DNA of 64,000 bases from Alphaproteobacteria bacterium (GCA_965237415.1 CBDEFM010000002.1:2688001-2752000); one strand, 5' to 3'; shown: positions 1-9,487, counted from the first letter of the stretch. Translations and numbers: made by a program. Notes: generated from the sequence alone by a model not told the origin.

Positions 1-1220
1 TCGCATCGGCGCTGCAAGGCGGCCGGATCGACGAGGCTGAACAGCGGCCTCTGAAGCAGGTCGCGGACAGACCAGTTCTCCCAAAGCGCGCTGGTGAGGC
101 TCAGGCCCTCGCTGTTGCGCTCGAACGGGATGACCCGCAAGCCCAGCGCGCGGCGTTGGGCGGGGCTCGCGCGTCGCGCGTCTGTGCCGCTCAGGTGGAT
201 GTCGCCGCCCGTGACATCGGCGAGGCCGGCGACCGCCTTCACCAGAGTCCGCTGGCCGTTGCCCTGGACCCCGGCGACGCCCACGATCTCCCCCGGCGCG
301 ACACTGAGGGAGACGCGGTCCAGAGCCGGTTCCTCCGGCTCCTTGGCCGTGCTGACCGATGCGAGCGCGAGGACCGCCCCGCGCGAGGCGGGGGGTGGCT
401 CCTCGTGCGTGTCGCGCGCCCCCCCACCGCTAAACGGCGCCGCCCCGACGAGGGCGACGGTATCGTCGGCGTCGGCTGAGGCGGCCGTGGCCCCGCCGAT
501 AATCGTCTCGGCGATACTCGTCTCGTCGGCCCCGGCCCGGGGGAGGGGGCCTGCGACCAGCCGGCCGCCGCGCAGGACCGAGATCGTGTCGGCGACCGCC
601 AGCACCTCGCGGATCTTGTGCAGGATCAGGATCACCGTGACCCCGTGCCGCCTGAGCCCGCGAATGCGCTCGAACAGCGCCTCGATGCCGGAAGGCGGGA
701 GCACCGCCGTTGGCTCGTCCAGGATCAGCACGCGTGCGTCGGTGACCAGCGCACGGGCGATCTCCACGCCCTGCTGCGCCTCGACCGGCAGGTCGCGGAT
801 GCGTCGGCGCGGATCGACGTCGAGGTCGAGGGCGGCGAGACGTTCGCGGCAGCGCCTCAGGAGCTGGCGCCGGCCGTAGAGGCCGATACCGCCGCTGGCG
901 CCGAACTCCAGCGCCTCCGCCACGGTGAAGGAGGGGGGCAGCGCGAAGCTCTGGTGAACCAGCTCGACCCCGGCCGCCCGCGCGCCGGCGACACGGCCGA
1001 GGCGCAGCGGGCGCCCGTCGATGTGGAGCGAGCCGGCGTCGGGCCGGATAAGACCGGCCGCGACGCGGGCGAAGGTCGTCTTTCCGGCGCCGTTTTGGCC
1101 CACCACGGCGTGAATGGCGCCGCGCTCGAAGGCGATCGAGAGCTCGGCGAGTGCCGTGACCTCGCCGTATGTGACGCGAATCCCGCGGCAGTGGAGGGCC
1201 GGCGGGTCCGCAGCAATCAT
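1..1220 (-). CDS. ABC transporter ATP-binding protein, sugar/nucleoside type with two ATPase domains; runs off the left edge
   Basis: Manual translation from ATG at 1220: MIAADPPALHCRGIRVTYG...Walker A GQNGAGKT...LILDEPT; second domain GEIVGVAGVQGNGQ in the same frame. Absent from the ORF track because there is no stop in the window. Confidence 0.9.
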   Translation of the reverse strand, partial: MIAADPPALHCRGIRVTYGEVTALAELSIAFERGAIHAVVGQNGAGKTTFARVAAGLIRPDAGSLHIDGRPLRLGRVAGARAAGVELVHQSFALPPSFTVAEALEFGASGGIGLYGRRQLLRRCRERLAALDLDVDPRRRIRDLPVEAQQGVEIARALVTDARVLILDEPTAVLPPSGIEALFERIRGLRRHGVTVILILHKIREVLAVADTISVLRGGRLVAGPLPRAGADETSIAETIIGGATAASADADDTVALVGAAPFSGGGARDTHEEPPPASRGAVLALASVSTAKEPEEPALDRVSLSVAPGEIVGVAGVQGNGQRTLVKAVAGLADVTGGDIHLSGTDARRASPAQRRALGLRVIPFERNSEGLSLTSALWENWSVRDLLQRPLFSLVDPAALQRRC

Positions 1221-1254
1221 ATGTTCCGAGAGGGTTTCCCCCCTATGGCCTGGA

Positions 1255-2328
1255 TCAGAGTTCCGTGTTGAACGGCACCGCGACCGATCCGTCGAGGATA
1301 CCCGCGCGTGCCGCCTCGACATGCGGCCACGCGTCTGCGGACCTTGCGACGATAGCCGCCGGCCCCTGCTCCTGATAGAGCGGCGACAAGAGGAAGTCGA
1401 TCACCCCGCTGCCGAGGCCGGTCGGCACGTGCCGGCCGCCTTGCCAATCCGCGCCGAGCGCGGCGCTCGCCTCGTTGTGGAGCGACTGGCCGAAGTGCAG
1501 GCTCACGACCCCGATCACCGAGGCGGGACCCAGCGGGTATTGAGCCGGGTCGAGCGCGCTCACCATGGCGCCCTCGCGCTCGTTGGCCGCCTGGATGATG
1601 CCGCCGTCGGTCGCGGCGGAATCGGTCTGGATGTAGTCGATCCCGTCCAGGAACATCTGGCTCGCGATCTCGTACCCCTTCGCCGGGTCCTGGAAAGAGC
1701 CTGCGAAGGCGGCGGTGACGGTCGCCTCCGGGTTGACCGCGTGAACGCCGGCCTGGAGCGCATTGAAGTCGGCGTTGAGCGGCGGAATGCTGATGCCGCC
1801 GATATAGCCGATCTGCTTCGACTGCGAGACGTGGGCGGCGAAGATGCCGGACAGGTAGCAGCCGAGATAGTAGTCGTAGGAGACCGTCACCAGGTTGGGG
1901 ATCGGCGGCTCGACCGCATCGCCGAAGAGCTGGATCCACTTGGTCTCGGGATAAAGCGGGGCCACCGCCTTGAAGGCCTCGGAGATGACCGGGAAGGTGC
2001 CCAGCACGATGGAAGCGCCGGCGTCGCCGAGGATTCTGAGCACGGTCTCGTAGGTCGCCGGGTCCTGGGCGTAGATGGCGCGGGTCTCGAATCCCTCCGC
2101 TTCGGAGAGCTGCTGCAGGCGCCCCATCATGGAATCGATGGGGCCGCTGTCGCCCGCCGCCTGGGTGTGCACGAGCGCGACCAGGCCGGTCCCTGCGCGC
2201 GCGGAGAGCGAAAACGCACCGCCCGCGCCGACAACTGCCGAGACTCCTGCAGTGACCGCCAGAAATCGGCGGCGGCTGACGAGGGCACGCATCGCACTCC
2301 GATCCTTCAACGTCGGCTTGTTCGACAT
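1255..2328 (-). CDS. BMP/PnrA-family ABC transporter substrate-binding protein (nucleoside type), Tat-exported
   Basis: Twin-arginine motif SRRRFL; BMP-like segments IGYIGG, AGSFQDPAKG; adjacent to the ABC ATPase. Confidence 0.85.
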   Translation of the reverse strand: MSNKPTLKDRSAMRALVSRRRFLAVTAGVSAVVGAGGAFSLSARAGTGLVALVHTQAAGDSGPIDSMMGRLQQLSEAEGFETRAIYAQDPATYETVLRILGDAGASIVLGTFPVISEAFKAVAPLYPETKWIQLFGDAVEPPIPNLVTVSYDYYLGCYLSGIFAAHVSQSKQIGYIGGISIPPLNADFNALQAGVHAVNPEATVTAAFAGSFQDPAKGYEIASQMFLDGIDYIQTDSAATDGGIIQAANEREGAMVSALDPAQYPLGPASVIGVVSLHFGQSLHNEASAALGADWQGGRHVPTGLGSGVIDFLLSPLYQEQGPAAIVARSADAWPHVEAARAGILDGSVAVPFNTEL

Positions 2329-2419
2329 GGCCTTTCTCCTCCTCTCCCAAGGGCGCCCACTGCGCCCTTCAGTTCATCGTGGGCAAACCCCACGAGGCGA
2401 AACCGCCGGGCTACACGAC

Positions 2420-2746
2420 TCATGCGCCGATCGGCGGCGAGCACGGCGCCGGGTTCATCACCATCACGTCTTGTTCCTGGATCGCGTCGAGCGCCCACAC
2501 CGACTGGATGAAGGCCTGCCACGCGGGGTCCACGCTCATCGCGGCCCGCCGCCGCTCGCGGTCGGCCAGGCTCTCGTAGGCCCAGATCAGGACGATCCGG
2601 TGCAGCCGGCCGATCTCAGACACGTAGAGGCCCACGAAGTGACCGAGATGGCGCTTCTGGATCGGCAGGCCTTCCGTCTCGTAACGCTTCAGCCAGCCGC
2701 CCACCGTGCCGGGACGGAACGTGTAGGTCCGATGCTCGACGATCAT
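2420..2746 (-). CDS. NIPSNAP family protein
   Basis: Real start MIVEHRTYTFRPG at 2746 (ATGA overlap with the GMC stop); SEIG, IWAYESLADRERRR and DPAW are typical NIPSNAP motifs. Confidence 0.88.
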   Translation of the reverse strand: MIVEHRTYTFRPGTVGGWLKRYETEGLPIQKRHLGHFVGLYVSEIGRLHRIVLIWAYESLADRERRRAAMSVDPAWQAFIQSVWALDAIQEQDVMVMNPAPCSPPIGA

Positions 2747-4404
2747 TCTCGGTATTCCTCGGATAGTGCGTCTGCGGGCGGCGCGGCCCCGCGAATGAAC
2801 TCGGCCGCCTTCTCGCCGATCATGATGGCGGGCGCGTTGGTGTTGCCGCTGACAATGACGGGCATGACGGACGCGTCGGCGACCCGGAGCCCTTCGATGC
2901 CGTGGACGGCGAGCCGGGCGTCCACCACCGCCATCGGGTCCCAGCCCATGCGGCAGGTGCCGACGGGATGAAAGGTCGTCATCGCATTGGCGCGGAGCCA
3001 CGCGGTGAGCTCTTTGTCGCTCTGCATATCGCCGCCGGGCGTGAGCTCGCGGCCGCGAAAGGCGGCGAAGGCCGGCTGCCCGATGACGTCGCGGACCATG
3101 CGGATGCCCGTGATCGTTGTCCGGCAATCGGCTTCGTCCTGCAGATAGTTGGGCTGGATCAGCGGCGGCGCGGCGGGGTCGGCGGAGTTAAGACCGATCC
3201 AGCCTCGGCTCTCGGGGTTGAGCGGGCCCACGCGCAGGCTGAATCCGTGGGTGTCCTCGACCGACGCCTTCTCGAAGGGTGTCGGCAGGTGCAGGTTCGC
3301 CGTCTTCTCCAGCGCCGGCATGAAGTGCACCTGGATATCCGGCGCCAACAGGTCCGCCCGGCTCTTGAGGAAGGCGCCGGCTTCGTAGGGGAAGGTCGTC
3401 GCCACCCCGCGGCCGAAGAGCATCCCCTCGGCCACCGAGCGGATCATTCTGTCGGCCCGGAGGTCGCGGTAGAGGGTGACCGGCTTGGTGCAGGCGTAGG
3501 CGAGGACGCAGTCGACGTGATCCTGGAGGTTCCGGCCGACGCCGGGGAGCTCGTGCACCACGGGGATGCCGTGCCGCTTCAACTCTTCGCCGGGCCCGAT
3601 GCCCGAGAGCATGAGGAGCTGGGGCGAGTTGACTGTGCCGGCGCAGAGGATGACCTCGCGCTCCGCGTGGATCGTGCGCGTTGCGCTTCCCTCCGCCACC
3701 TCGACTCCGGTCGCACGGCCGCCGTCCAAGACCACGCGGCGCACCAGGCAGCCGGTGGCGATCGCCAAATTGCGCCGATGCCGGATGGGGCGCAGAAAGG
3801 CGGCGGAGGTGGAGCAACGTTTGCCCCGCCTGATGGTGAAGTCGTAGCGCCCAAAACCCTGCTGCTCCGCACCGTTGAAGTCGTCGTTGACGGGCCAGCC
3901 GGCCTGACGGCCCGCCTCGACAAAAACGTCGAACAGCGGGTTCGCACCGCGTGCGCGGCAGACCGTGAGCTCGCCGCCTGTCCCGTGATAGGCGCCGTCG
4001 CGCTCCACATGCCCTTCGGAGCGGCAAAAGGCCGGCAGCAGGTCATCGTAGGACCAGCCGCCAAGGCCCATTTGCGCCCATCGGTCATAGTCGTGGCGGT
4101 TGCCGCGCACGTAGATCATGCCGTTGATGGTCGAGGAGCCGCCCAGCACCTTGCCGCGCGGCCAGTAGAGCGCGCGGCCGCCCAGGCTCGGCACCGGCTC
4201 GGTGTGGTAGCGCCAGTTGTAGATGCCGGAGTGGAACAGCCGACCCATCAGCATGGGCAGTCGGAACAGAGGGTTGCGGTCCTTGCCGCCGGCCTCGATG
4301 AGGAGGACCGAACGCTCAGGGTCGGCCGAGAGCCTGTTGGCGAGCACGCATCCGGCGGAGCCCGCGCCGACGATGACGGAGTCGAAGAAGCGCCCGCGCG
4401 GCAT
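2743..4404 (-). CDS. GMC family FAD oxidoreductase (choline dehydrogenase-like; substrate unknown)
   Basis: GAGSAG FAD motif, RGKVLGGSSTING, GRNLQDH, FHPVGTCRMG, VADASVMP, GNTNAP. Confidence 0.93.
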   Translation of the reverse strand: MPRGRFFDSVIVGAGSAGCVLANRLSADPERSVLLIEAGGKDRNPLFRLPMLMGRLFHSGIYNWRYHTEPVPSLGGRALYWPRGKVLGGSSTINGMIYVRGNRHDYDRWAQMGLGGWSYDDLLPAFCRSEGHVERDGAYHGTGGELTVCRARGANPLFDVFVEAGRQAGWPVNDDFNGAEQQGFGRYDFTIRRGKRCSTSAAFLRPIRHRRNLAIATGCLVRRVVLDGGRATGVEVAEGSATRTIHAEREVILCAGTVNSPQLLMLSGIGPGEELKRHGIPVVHELPGVGRNLQDHVDCVLAYACTKPVTLYRDLRADRMIRSVAEGMLFGRGVATTFPYEAGAFLKSRADLLAPDIQVHFMPALEKTANLHLPTPFEKASVEDTHGFSLRVGPLNPESRGWIGLNSADPAAPPLIQPNYLQDEADCRTTITGIRMVRDVIGQPAFAAFRGRELTPGGDMQSDKELTAWLRANAMTTFHPVGTCRMGWDPMAVVDARLAVHGIEGLRVADASVMPVIVSGNTNAPAIMIGEKAAEFIRGAAPPADALSEEYRE

Positions 4405-4407
4405 CGG

Positions 4408-5259
4408 CTACCAGTCCACCGGCGCCGCGCCCATGGCACGCAGCCGCCGGTTGCAGAGCGCGAACGGGTTCTCTTGCGCGAGGACCTCTCGGGCTTGGGC
4501 CGGGTGGGGGCGAAGGATGACGCGCTCGTCGCCTGCGTCGGACCCGCACAGCCCCGCCGTCCGGAGTGTCTCCACTGCCGCATCGCCGAAGCCCAGGATA
4601 ACGACGGGTGTGCCCCTCTCCGCGAGATGGGTGAGCACCCGGATCATCAAGGGGCGCCAGAGCGGCAGGTGGCCCTGCACCTGGTGCGGATCGCCCTCGC
4701 GCAGGAAGCGCGTGAGCGTGAGCGAGGCATTCAGGAGCAGCACGCCGGAGGCGACCCAGCGATCGGCCAGCGCCTCGGGCGCCTCCAGATCGACCGCGCC
4801 CTGTTCGATGGCCGCGAGAGTCGCGGGCCACTGCGCGACGCCTTGGGCGTGTCGCGCCTCGCCGGGCCGCGCGGCGAGGATCATCTGGATGAACGCGCGG
4901 ACGCTCGGGGAGAACATCTTGTCGAGCTCGCGCCAGCGCGCGACGTTGCCGGCCTCGAAGGCCCGGCCGGTGGCGAAGGCGGGGCAGGGATAAGGGTCCT
5001 GCCCCAGGATCACGCAGCGCACATCCCCGGGCGCGATCCCATCGAAGGCGCGGAGCATGTGCGCGCCTGCCGGCGCGCCGGGGAAGACCATTCCGCGCCG
5101 AGCCGGGAAGATCGGCTCCCAGGGCTCCAATTCGAGCGTGGGGTCGACATCGTCGAATGCCAGCGAAACAGTGCGGACGACAGCGCGCCAGGGAGGATCG
5201 ATATCCTCGCGCCAGCCGCGCAGCGTGTCCTGGAGCGCCGCTTGCAGTGGCATGACCAT
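4408..5259 (-). CDS. Uracil-DNA glycosylase family-1 fold protein, divergent
   Basis: VILGQDPYP, ATGRAF, GVLLLNASLT, HPA and C-terminal PVDW. Start placed at ATG 5259 (or 5253) behind a GGGAG RBS; the ORF-track start at 5313 runs into the operator. Confidence 0.8.
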   Translation of the reverse strand: MVMPLQAALQDTLRGWREDIDPPWRAVVRTVSLAFDDVDPTLELEPWEPIFPARRGMVFPGAPAGAHMLRAFDGIAPGDVRCVILGQDPYPCPAFATGRAFEAGNVARWRELDKMFSPSVRAFIQMILAARPGEARHAQGVAQWPATLAAIEQGAVDLEAPEALADRWVASGVLLLNASLTLTRFLREGDPHQVQGHLPLWRPLMIRVLTHLAERGTPVVILGFGDAAVETLRTAGLCGSDAGDERVILRPHPAQAREVLAQENPFALCNRRLRAMGAAPVDW

Positions 5260-5288
5260 GGCGTCCGCTTGCTCCCGCCCGCCCCAAA

Positions 5289-5341
5289 AACCTGACATGC
5301 GTGTCAGGTTCAACGATTCGGCAACCGGACACGCGCGTCAA
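5289..5341. promoter_or_regulatory. Two palindromic operator sites, probably bound by the adjacent TetR/RutR-like regulator
   Basis: aacctgacatgcgtgtcaggtt (5289-5310) is a near-perfect palindrome; cggacacgcgcgtcaa (5326-5341) is a second copy. TGAC-N6-GTCA spacing equals the E. coli RutR box TTGACCAnnTGGTCAA. Confidence 0.65.
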
Positions 5342-5425
5342 GTTTTTTCTTATGTCCCGTCCGGGCCGCGCGGCTAGACTGCATGCGTCGCCGGCATACG
5401 CAGGGAGTACTCTGCGACACGAGGG

Positions 5426-6094
5426 ATGAGCATGACGAAGACGATGCGGGCAGAAGCGGGAAACGACGCCCCGGAGCCGAGAATCCGGGCCAGGAACAAG
5501 GAGCGGATCCTGCGCGCCGCCGTCGATCTCTTCGCCGACAAGAGCTTCCACGGCACGCACGTCAAGGAGATCGCGCAGGCGAGCGGCCTGCCGAAGACCA
5601 ACGTCTACTACTACTTCCCCACCAAGGAGAGCATCTACACGGCCGTGATCGAGCGGCTGATCGAGGGCTGGGACCGCGCCTTCGAGCATATCGTGCCCGA
5701 GCGCGAGCCGCGCGAGGCCATTGCCGCCTACATCCGTGCGAAGCTGGAATATTCGCGCCGCCACGCCGCAGAATCCCGCTTCTTCGCCAACGAGATCCTG
5801 CGCGGCGCTCAGTTTCTGGAGCGGCGCCAGCGCCAGCATATCCGCGACGTGACCACCCAACGCGCCCATGTGGTGGAGGAATGGATCCGGCGGGGGCAGA
5901 TGGCACCGGTGGATGCGCGCCACTTCTTCATCATGCTGTGGTCGGCGACCCAGTTCTATGCGGATTTCGGGGCGCTGGCCGCCGATGTGCTGGAGAAGCG
6001 GAGTCTCACGAAGAAGGATTTCGACGCCGCGGCGGAGACGATGACACGGGTTATCCTGGACGGGTGCTGCGCTCCGCCGCGGTCTTTGCGTTGA
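5426..6094 (+). CDS. TetR family regulator, RutR-like
   Basis: N-terminal HTH (IAQASGLPKTNVYYYFPTKE); C-terminal YIRAKLEYSR, SRFFANEI and LWSATQFYADF resemble the RutR ligand domain. Confidence 0.85.
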   Translation: MSMTKTMRAEAGNDAPEPRIRARNKERILRAAVDLFADKSFHGTHVKEIAQASGLPKTNVYYYFPTKESIYTAVIERLIEGWDRAFEHIVPEREPREAIAAYIRAKLEYSRRHAAESRFFANEILRGAQFLERRQRQHIRDVTTQRAHVVEEWIRRGQMAPVDARHFFIMLWSATQFYADFGALAADVLEKRSLTKKDFDAAAETMTRVILDGCCAPPRSLR

Positions 6095-6187
6095 AGCCAG
6101 GGACGCGCCTCGACGGGAGCCATTTGGCGGCTCTCACACCGGCCGTCGCGCGTGCGATCCAATCCGGATGTACCGCTGCCGCACCGC

Positions 6188-6215
6188 TTGCGAAGCGGGA
6201 GCGATGATGTATAGT
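6188..6215 (+). promoter_or_regulatory. Putative sigma70 promoter of the rpsF operon
   Basis: TTGCGA-N16-TATAGT, about 85 bp before the rpsF start. Confidence 0.5.
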
Positions 6216-6299
6216 CCGCCGCTTGGGTTTTCCGCCCTGCCTCAGCGGGGCGGGTGAGCCTCCACGCGCAGCGACCGATACTCAGGAGAACAGCGCCGC

Positions 6300-6878
6300 A
6301 TGCCGCTCTACGAGAGCACGTTTATCGCGCGTCCCGATATCTCGTCCCAACAGGTGGACGGCCTTGCCGAGCAGTTTCGCGAGATTGTGACGGAGGCCGG
6401 TGGCGAGGTCGCCAAGACCGAATATTGGGGGCTGCGCAGCCTTGCGTATCGCATCAAGAAGAACCGCAAGGGCCACTACTATTTCATGAACATCGATGCG
6501 CCGGCGGAAGCGATCAACGCCATGGAGCACACGATGCGCATCAACGAGGACGTCATTCGCTACCTCACGGTGCGGGTCGAGGAGCACGACCCCAACCCGG
6601 CGCCGCTCACGCAGTCGCGCGGACGCGGACGCGATGGGCGCGGCGGTCGCGGTGGACGGTGGGAGAGCCGCGGCGGCGAAGGACGGCGCCGGGAGGACGG
6701 CGGCGAGCGCGGCGAACGCAGGGAACGTGATGGGCCCCGTGAGCGCCAAGACGCCGCGCCGGCGGACGCCGCACCGGCAGATGCGGGCGCTGAGCCCAGC
6801 GCGGCCGCCCCAGTCGGCGATGCGGTAGGCGGCAGCGAGGCAGGCAGCGGCGGCGCCGAGGAGAAGAGCGATGGCTGA
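6300..6878 (+). CDS. rpsF: 30S ribosomal protein S6 with long low-complexity C-tail
   Basis: [42 protein letters not shown]. Confidence 0.97.
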   Translation: MPLYESTFIARPDISSQQVDGLAEQFREIVTEAGGEVAKTEYWGLRSLAYRIKKNRKGHYYFMNIDAPAEAINAMEHTMRINEDVIRYLTVRVEEHDPNPAPLTQSRGRGRDGRGGRGGRWESRGGEGRRREDGGERGERRERDGPRERQDAAPADAAPADAGAEPSAAAPVGDAVGGSEAGSGGAEEKSDG

Positions 6879-7257
6879 AGGCGAACGGACCGAGAGCGGC
6901 CCGCCACCCGCCGGTGCAAGTCGGCCGGAGCCGAGCGGCGGCGGGCGCAGCCAGCATCCCTTTGGCGGCCCGCGCCACGGCGGCGGGCATGGCGGCGGTC
7001 GCGGCGGCGGGGGCGTGCCCGTGGTCTCGTTCCCCAGGCGCCCGTTCTTCCGCCGCAAGAAGTCCTGCCCCTTCAGTGGGGCCAATGCGCCGAAGATCGA
7101 CTATCGCGACGTGAAGCTGCTTCAGCGCTTCCTCTCCGAGCGGGGCAAGATCGTGCCGAGCCGCATCACCGCAGTGTCGGCCAAGAAGCAGCGGGAGCTC
7201 GCACGCGCGATCAAGCGTGCGCGTCATCTGGCGCTGCTGCCCTACGTCATCAAATAG
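6871..7257 (+). CDS. rpsR: 30S ribosomal protein S18 with Gly/Pro-rich N-terminal extension
   Basis: [52 protein letters not shown]. Confidence 0.96.
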   Translation: MAEGERTESGPPPAGASRPEPSGGGRSQHPFGGPRHGGGHGGGRGGGGVPVVSFPRRPFFRRKKSCPFSGANAPKIDYRDVKLLQRFLSERGKIVPSRITAVSAKKQRELARAIKRARHLALLPYVIK

Positions 7258-7326
7258 CCAGGTAGCCGGTCTTCGCCCGGTACCGGCGCTTCGGGCCGGG
7301 CGATCCGCCAAGCGGAGAACAAGGGC

Positions 7327-7989
7327 ATGGAAATCATCTTGCTCGAGAGGATCGAGAAGCTCGGCGGGATGGGCGATATCGTCGGGGTGAAGGACGGCTA
7401 TGCCCGCAACTTCTTGCTTCCCCGCAAGAAGGCTCTCCGCGCCACGCCCGAGAACATGGAGCGCTTCGAGCGCGAGCGCGAAGCGCTGGAGAATCTGAAC
7501 AGCGACCGGCGCGATGCCGCGAGCTCGGCCGCGACACGGTTGGAGGGGGAGAGCATCGTCCTCATCCGCCAGGCAAGCGACACGCTGCAACTCTACGGCT
7601 CCGTCAACGCGCGCGATGTCGCCGAGGCGATGGCCGAGCGGGGCGCCGAGGTCAGGCGCCAGCAGGTGCGTTTGGATCGCCCCATCAAGTCGCTCGGCAT
7701 GCATGACGTGCGCATCGCGCTCCACCCGGAGGTGATGGTGACGGTCAAGGTCAATGTCGCCCGCTCGCCCGAGGAAGCGAAGATCCAGGCTCGAGGCGGC
7801 ACGATCCTCGACGAGGCTGAGGATTTGGCGGAGGAGGCTGCAGAGGGCGATACGCCAAAGTGGGAGCACCCGGCGAACGAAGACGGTGATGCGCCGGATG
7901 CCGCGGCGGCCACAGATGAGGCCACCGAAACCGCCGATGCGGGCGTCGGCACCGACGGCGGCGCAGACGAAGACCTGCCCAGCGCCTAG
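7327..7989 (+). CDS. rplI: 50S ribosomal protein L9
   Basis: MEIILLERIEKLG, VKDGYARNFLLP, LYGSV; acidic tail. Confidence 0.97.
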   Translation: MEIILLERIEKLGGMGDIVGVKDGYARNFLLPRKKALRATPENMERFEREREALENLNSDRRDAASSAATRLEGESIVLIRQASDTLQLYGSVNARDVAEAMAERGAEVRRQQVRLDRPIKSLGMHDVRIALHPEVMVTVKVNVARSPEEAKIQARGGTILDEAEDLAEEAAEGDTPKWEHPANEDGDAPDAAAATDEATETADAGVGTDGGADEDLPSA

Positions 7990-8014
7990 GCTGGAATCCA
8001 CGAGGCCCTGAACC

Positions 8015-9229
8015 ATGCTGGTCGCGCCCCTGCTCAAGATATTGATGAGGCGGGGCACGCTCGGCGTGGTCGATGCACGGGGCAAACTCCACACCTTCAA
8101 GGGCGCGCCGGGGCCCAGCGTCACCATCCGGCTGCACGACCGCTCGCTTCACTGGAAGCTCCTGTGGAACTCGCGCCTCGTCGTCGGCGAAGCCTACATG
8201 GACGGCACGCTGACGCTGGAGGACGACGCGACCATCCGCGATTTCCTGCACCTGGTCGGCGCGAACATCCACCTGCTCGACGAGAACGCGGTGGTCAAGG
8301 CGCGCAACTGGCTCGCGCAATGGGTCCGCCCGCTGCAGCAGCACAACCCCATCGGCCGTGCTCGGCAGAACGTGGCCCATCACTACGATCTATCGGACGA
8401 CCTCTACGACCTCTTCCTCGATCCCGATCGGCAGTATTCCTGCGCCTACTTCGACACGCCCAACCACTCGCTGGAGCAGGCCCAGCACGCCAAGAAGCGC
8501 CATCTCGCGTCGAAGCTGCTGCTCGACCGGCCCGGCCTCAGCGTGCTCGACATCGGCTCCGGCTGGGGCGGCCTCGGCATCTACCTGCACGAGCAAGCCG
8601 GCGTGGCCGTGACGGGTCTCACGCTGTCGCGCGAGCAGCAGGCCTATGCGTCGGCGCGCGCGCAAAAGCTCGGCATTCAGGAGCACGTGGCCTTCCATCT
8701 GCGCGACTATCGCGAGGACACCGGCACTTACGATCGCGTCGTCTCGGTCGGCATGTTCGAGCATGTGGGCGTCAAACACTACGTCGAGTTCTTTCGCACG
8801 CTGGAGCGGCTGCTAAAGGAGGATGGCGTCGCCCTGCTCCACACCATCGCCCGCTGGGACGGGCCGAGCGTCACCAATCCGTGGCTGCGCAAGTACATAT
8901 TCCCCGGCGGCTATTGCCCGTCGCTCTCCGAGATGTTCGCCGCGCTGGAGCAGACCGGGCTCAAGTCCCTCGATGTGGAGATGCTGCGCCTGCACTACGC
9001 CAATACGCTCAAGCATTGGTCGCGCAACTTCCAGGCGAGCCGCGAGCGGGTGAAGGAATTCTACGACGAGCGCTTCTGCCGGATGTGGGAGTTCTACCTC
9101 GCGGGCGCCGAGGCGGCCTTCCGCCACCAGGATCACATGGTGGCCCAGATCCAGCTCGCCCGGAGCCAGGACGCGGCGCCGCTGACCCGCGACTACATGG
9201 TCGATTGGGAGCGCGCCCACGCCGCCTGA
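8015..9229 (+). CDS. cfa: Cyclopropane-fatty-acyl-phospholipid synthase family methyltransferase
   Basis: NVAHHYDLS, YSCAYF, VLDIGSGWGG, SVGMFEHVG, YIFPGG, RMWEFYL. Confidence 0.93.
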   Translation: MLVAPLLKILMRRGTLGVVDARGKLHTFKGAPGPSVTIRLHDRSLHWKLLWNSRLVVGEAYMDGTLTLEDDATIRDFLHLVGANIHLLDENAVVKARNWLAQWVRPLQQHNPIGRARQNVAHHYDLSDDLYDLFLDPDRQYSCAYFDTPNHSLEQAQHAKKRHLASKLLLDRPGLSVLDIGSGWGGLGIYLHEQAGVAVTGLTLSREQQAYASARAQKLGIQEHVAFHLRDYREDTGTYDRVVSVGMFEHVGVKHYVEFFRTLERLLKEDGVALLHTIARWDGPSVTNPWLRKYIFPGGYCPSLSEMFAALEQTGLKSLDVEMLRLHYANTLKHWSRNFQASRERVKEFYDERFCRMWEFYLAGAEAAFRHQDHMVAQIQLARSQDAAPLTRDYMVDWERAHAA

Positions 9230-9262
9230 GCCCGCAGGGCTCCGCAGACCGGTTCCAACTGG

Positions 9263-9487
9263 TTTTCCACAATCTTTCCTCGTCTGTGGTGTTGTGAGTC
9301 AGCCAGATAGGGAGCGTACTCCCCGCTTCTCACAGCCTGTAGGACAAATTTCTCCCCGCAATTCACCTCCGTGTCGTGTACCGGCGGTTTCTCACACCCG
9401 ACTCGGCGCTAGGAGTTTGTCCGGCAACCGAAAGCTGCGTTTTCCACATATTCCGGCTGTGGATGTTTGAAAAATTGCGAACGAATC
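9263..9487. promoter_or_regulatory. Cluster of DnaA-box-like 9-mers and GANTC sites upstream of dnaB
   Basis: TTTTCCACA at 9263-9271 and 9440-9448; TGTGGATGT at 9458-9466; weaker TTCTCACA copies near 9327 and 9389; GANTC at 9296, 9400, 9483; locally AT-richer. Confidence 0.5.

Noticed and set aside
2902-5295. Long antisense ORFs here and at 9541-11052, 30202-32178 and 48261-50054
   Set aside because: Typical stop-poor antisense frames of high-GC genes; the opposite strand holds clear family motifs.
6226-6262. Hairpin in the rpsF leader as an S6:S18 autoregulatory RNA
   Set aside because: A stem is present, but I cannot verify the motif without a covariance model search.
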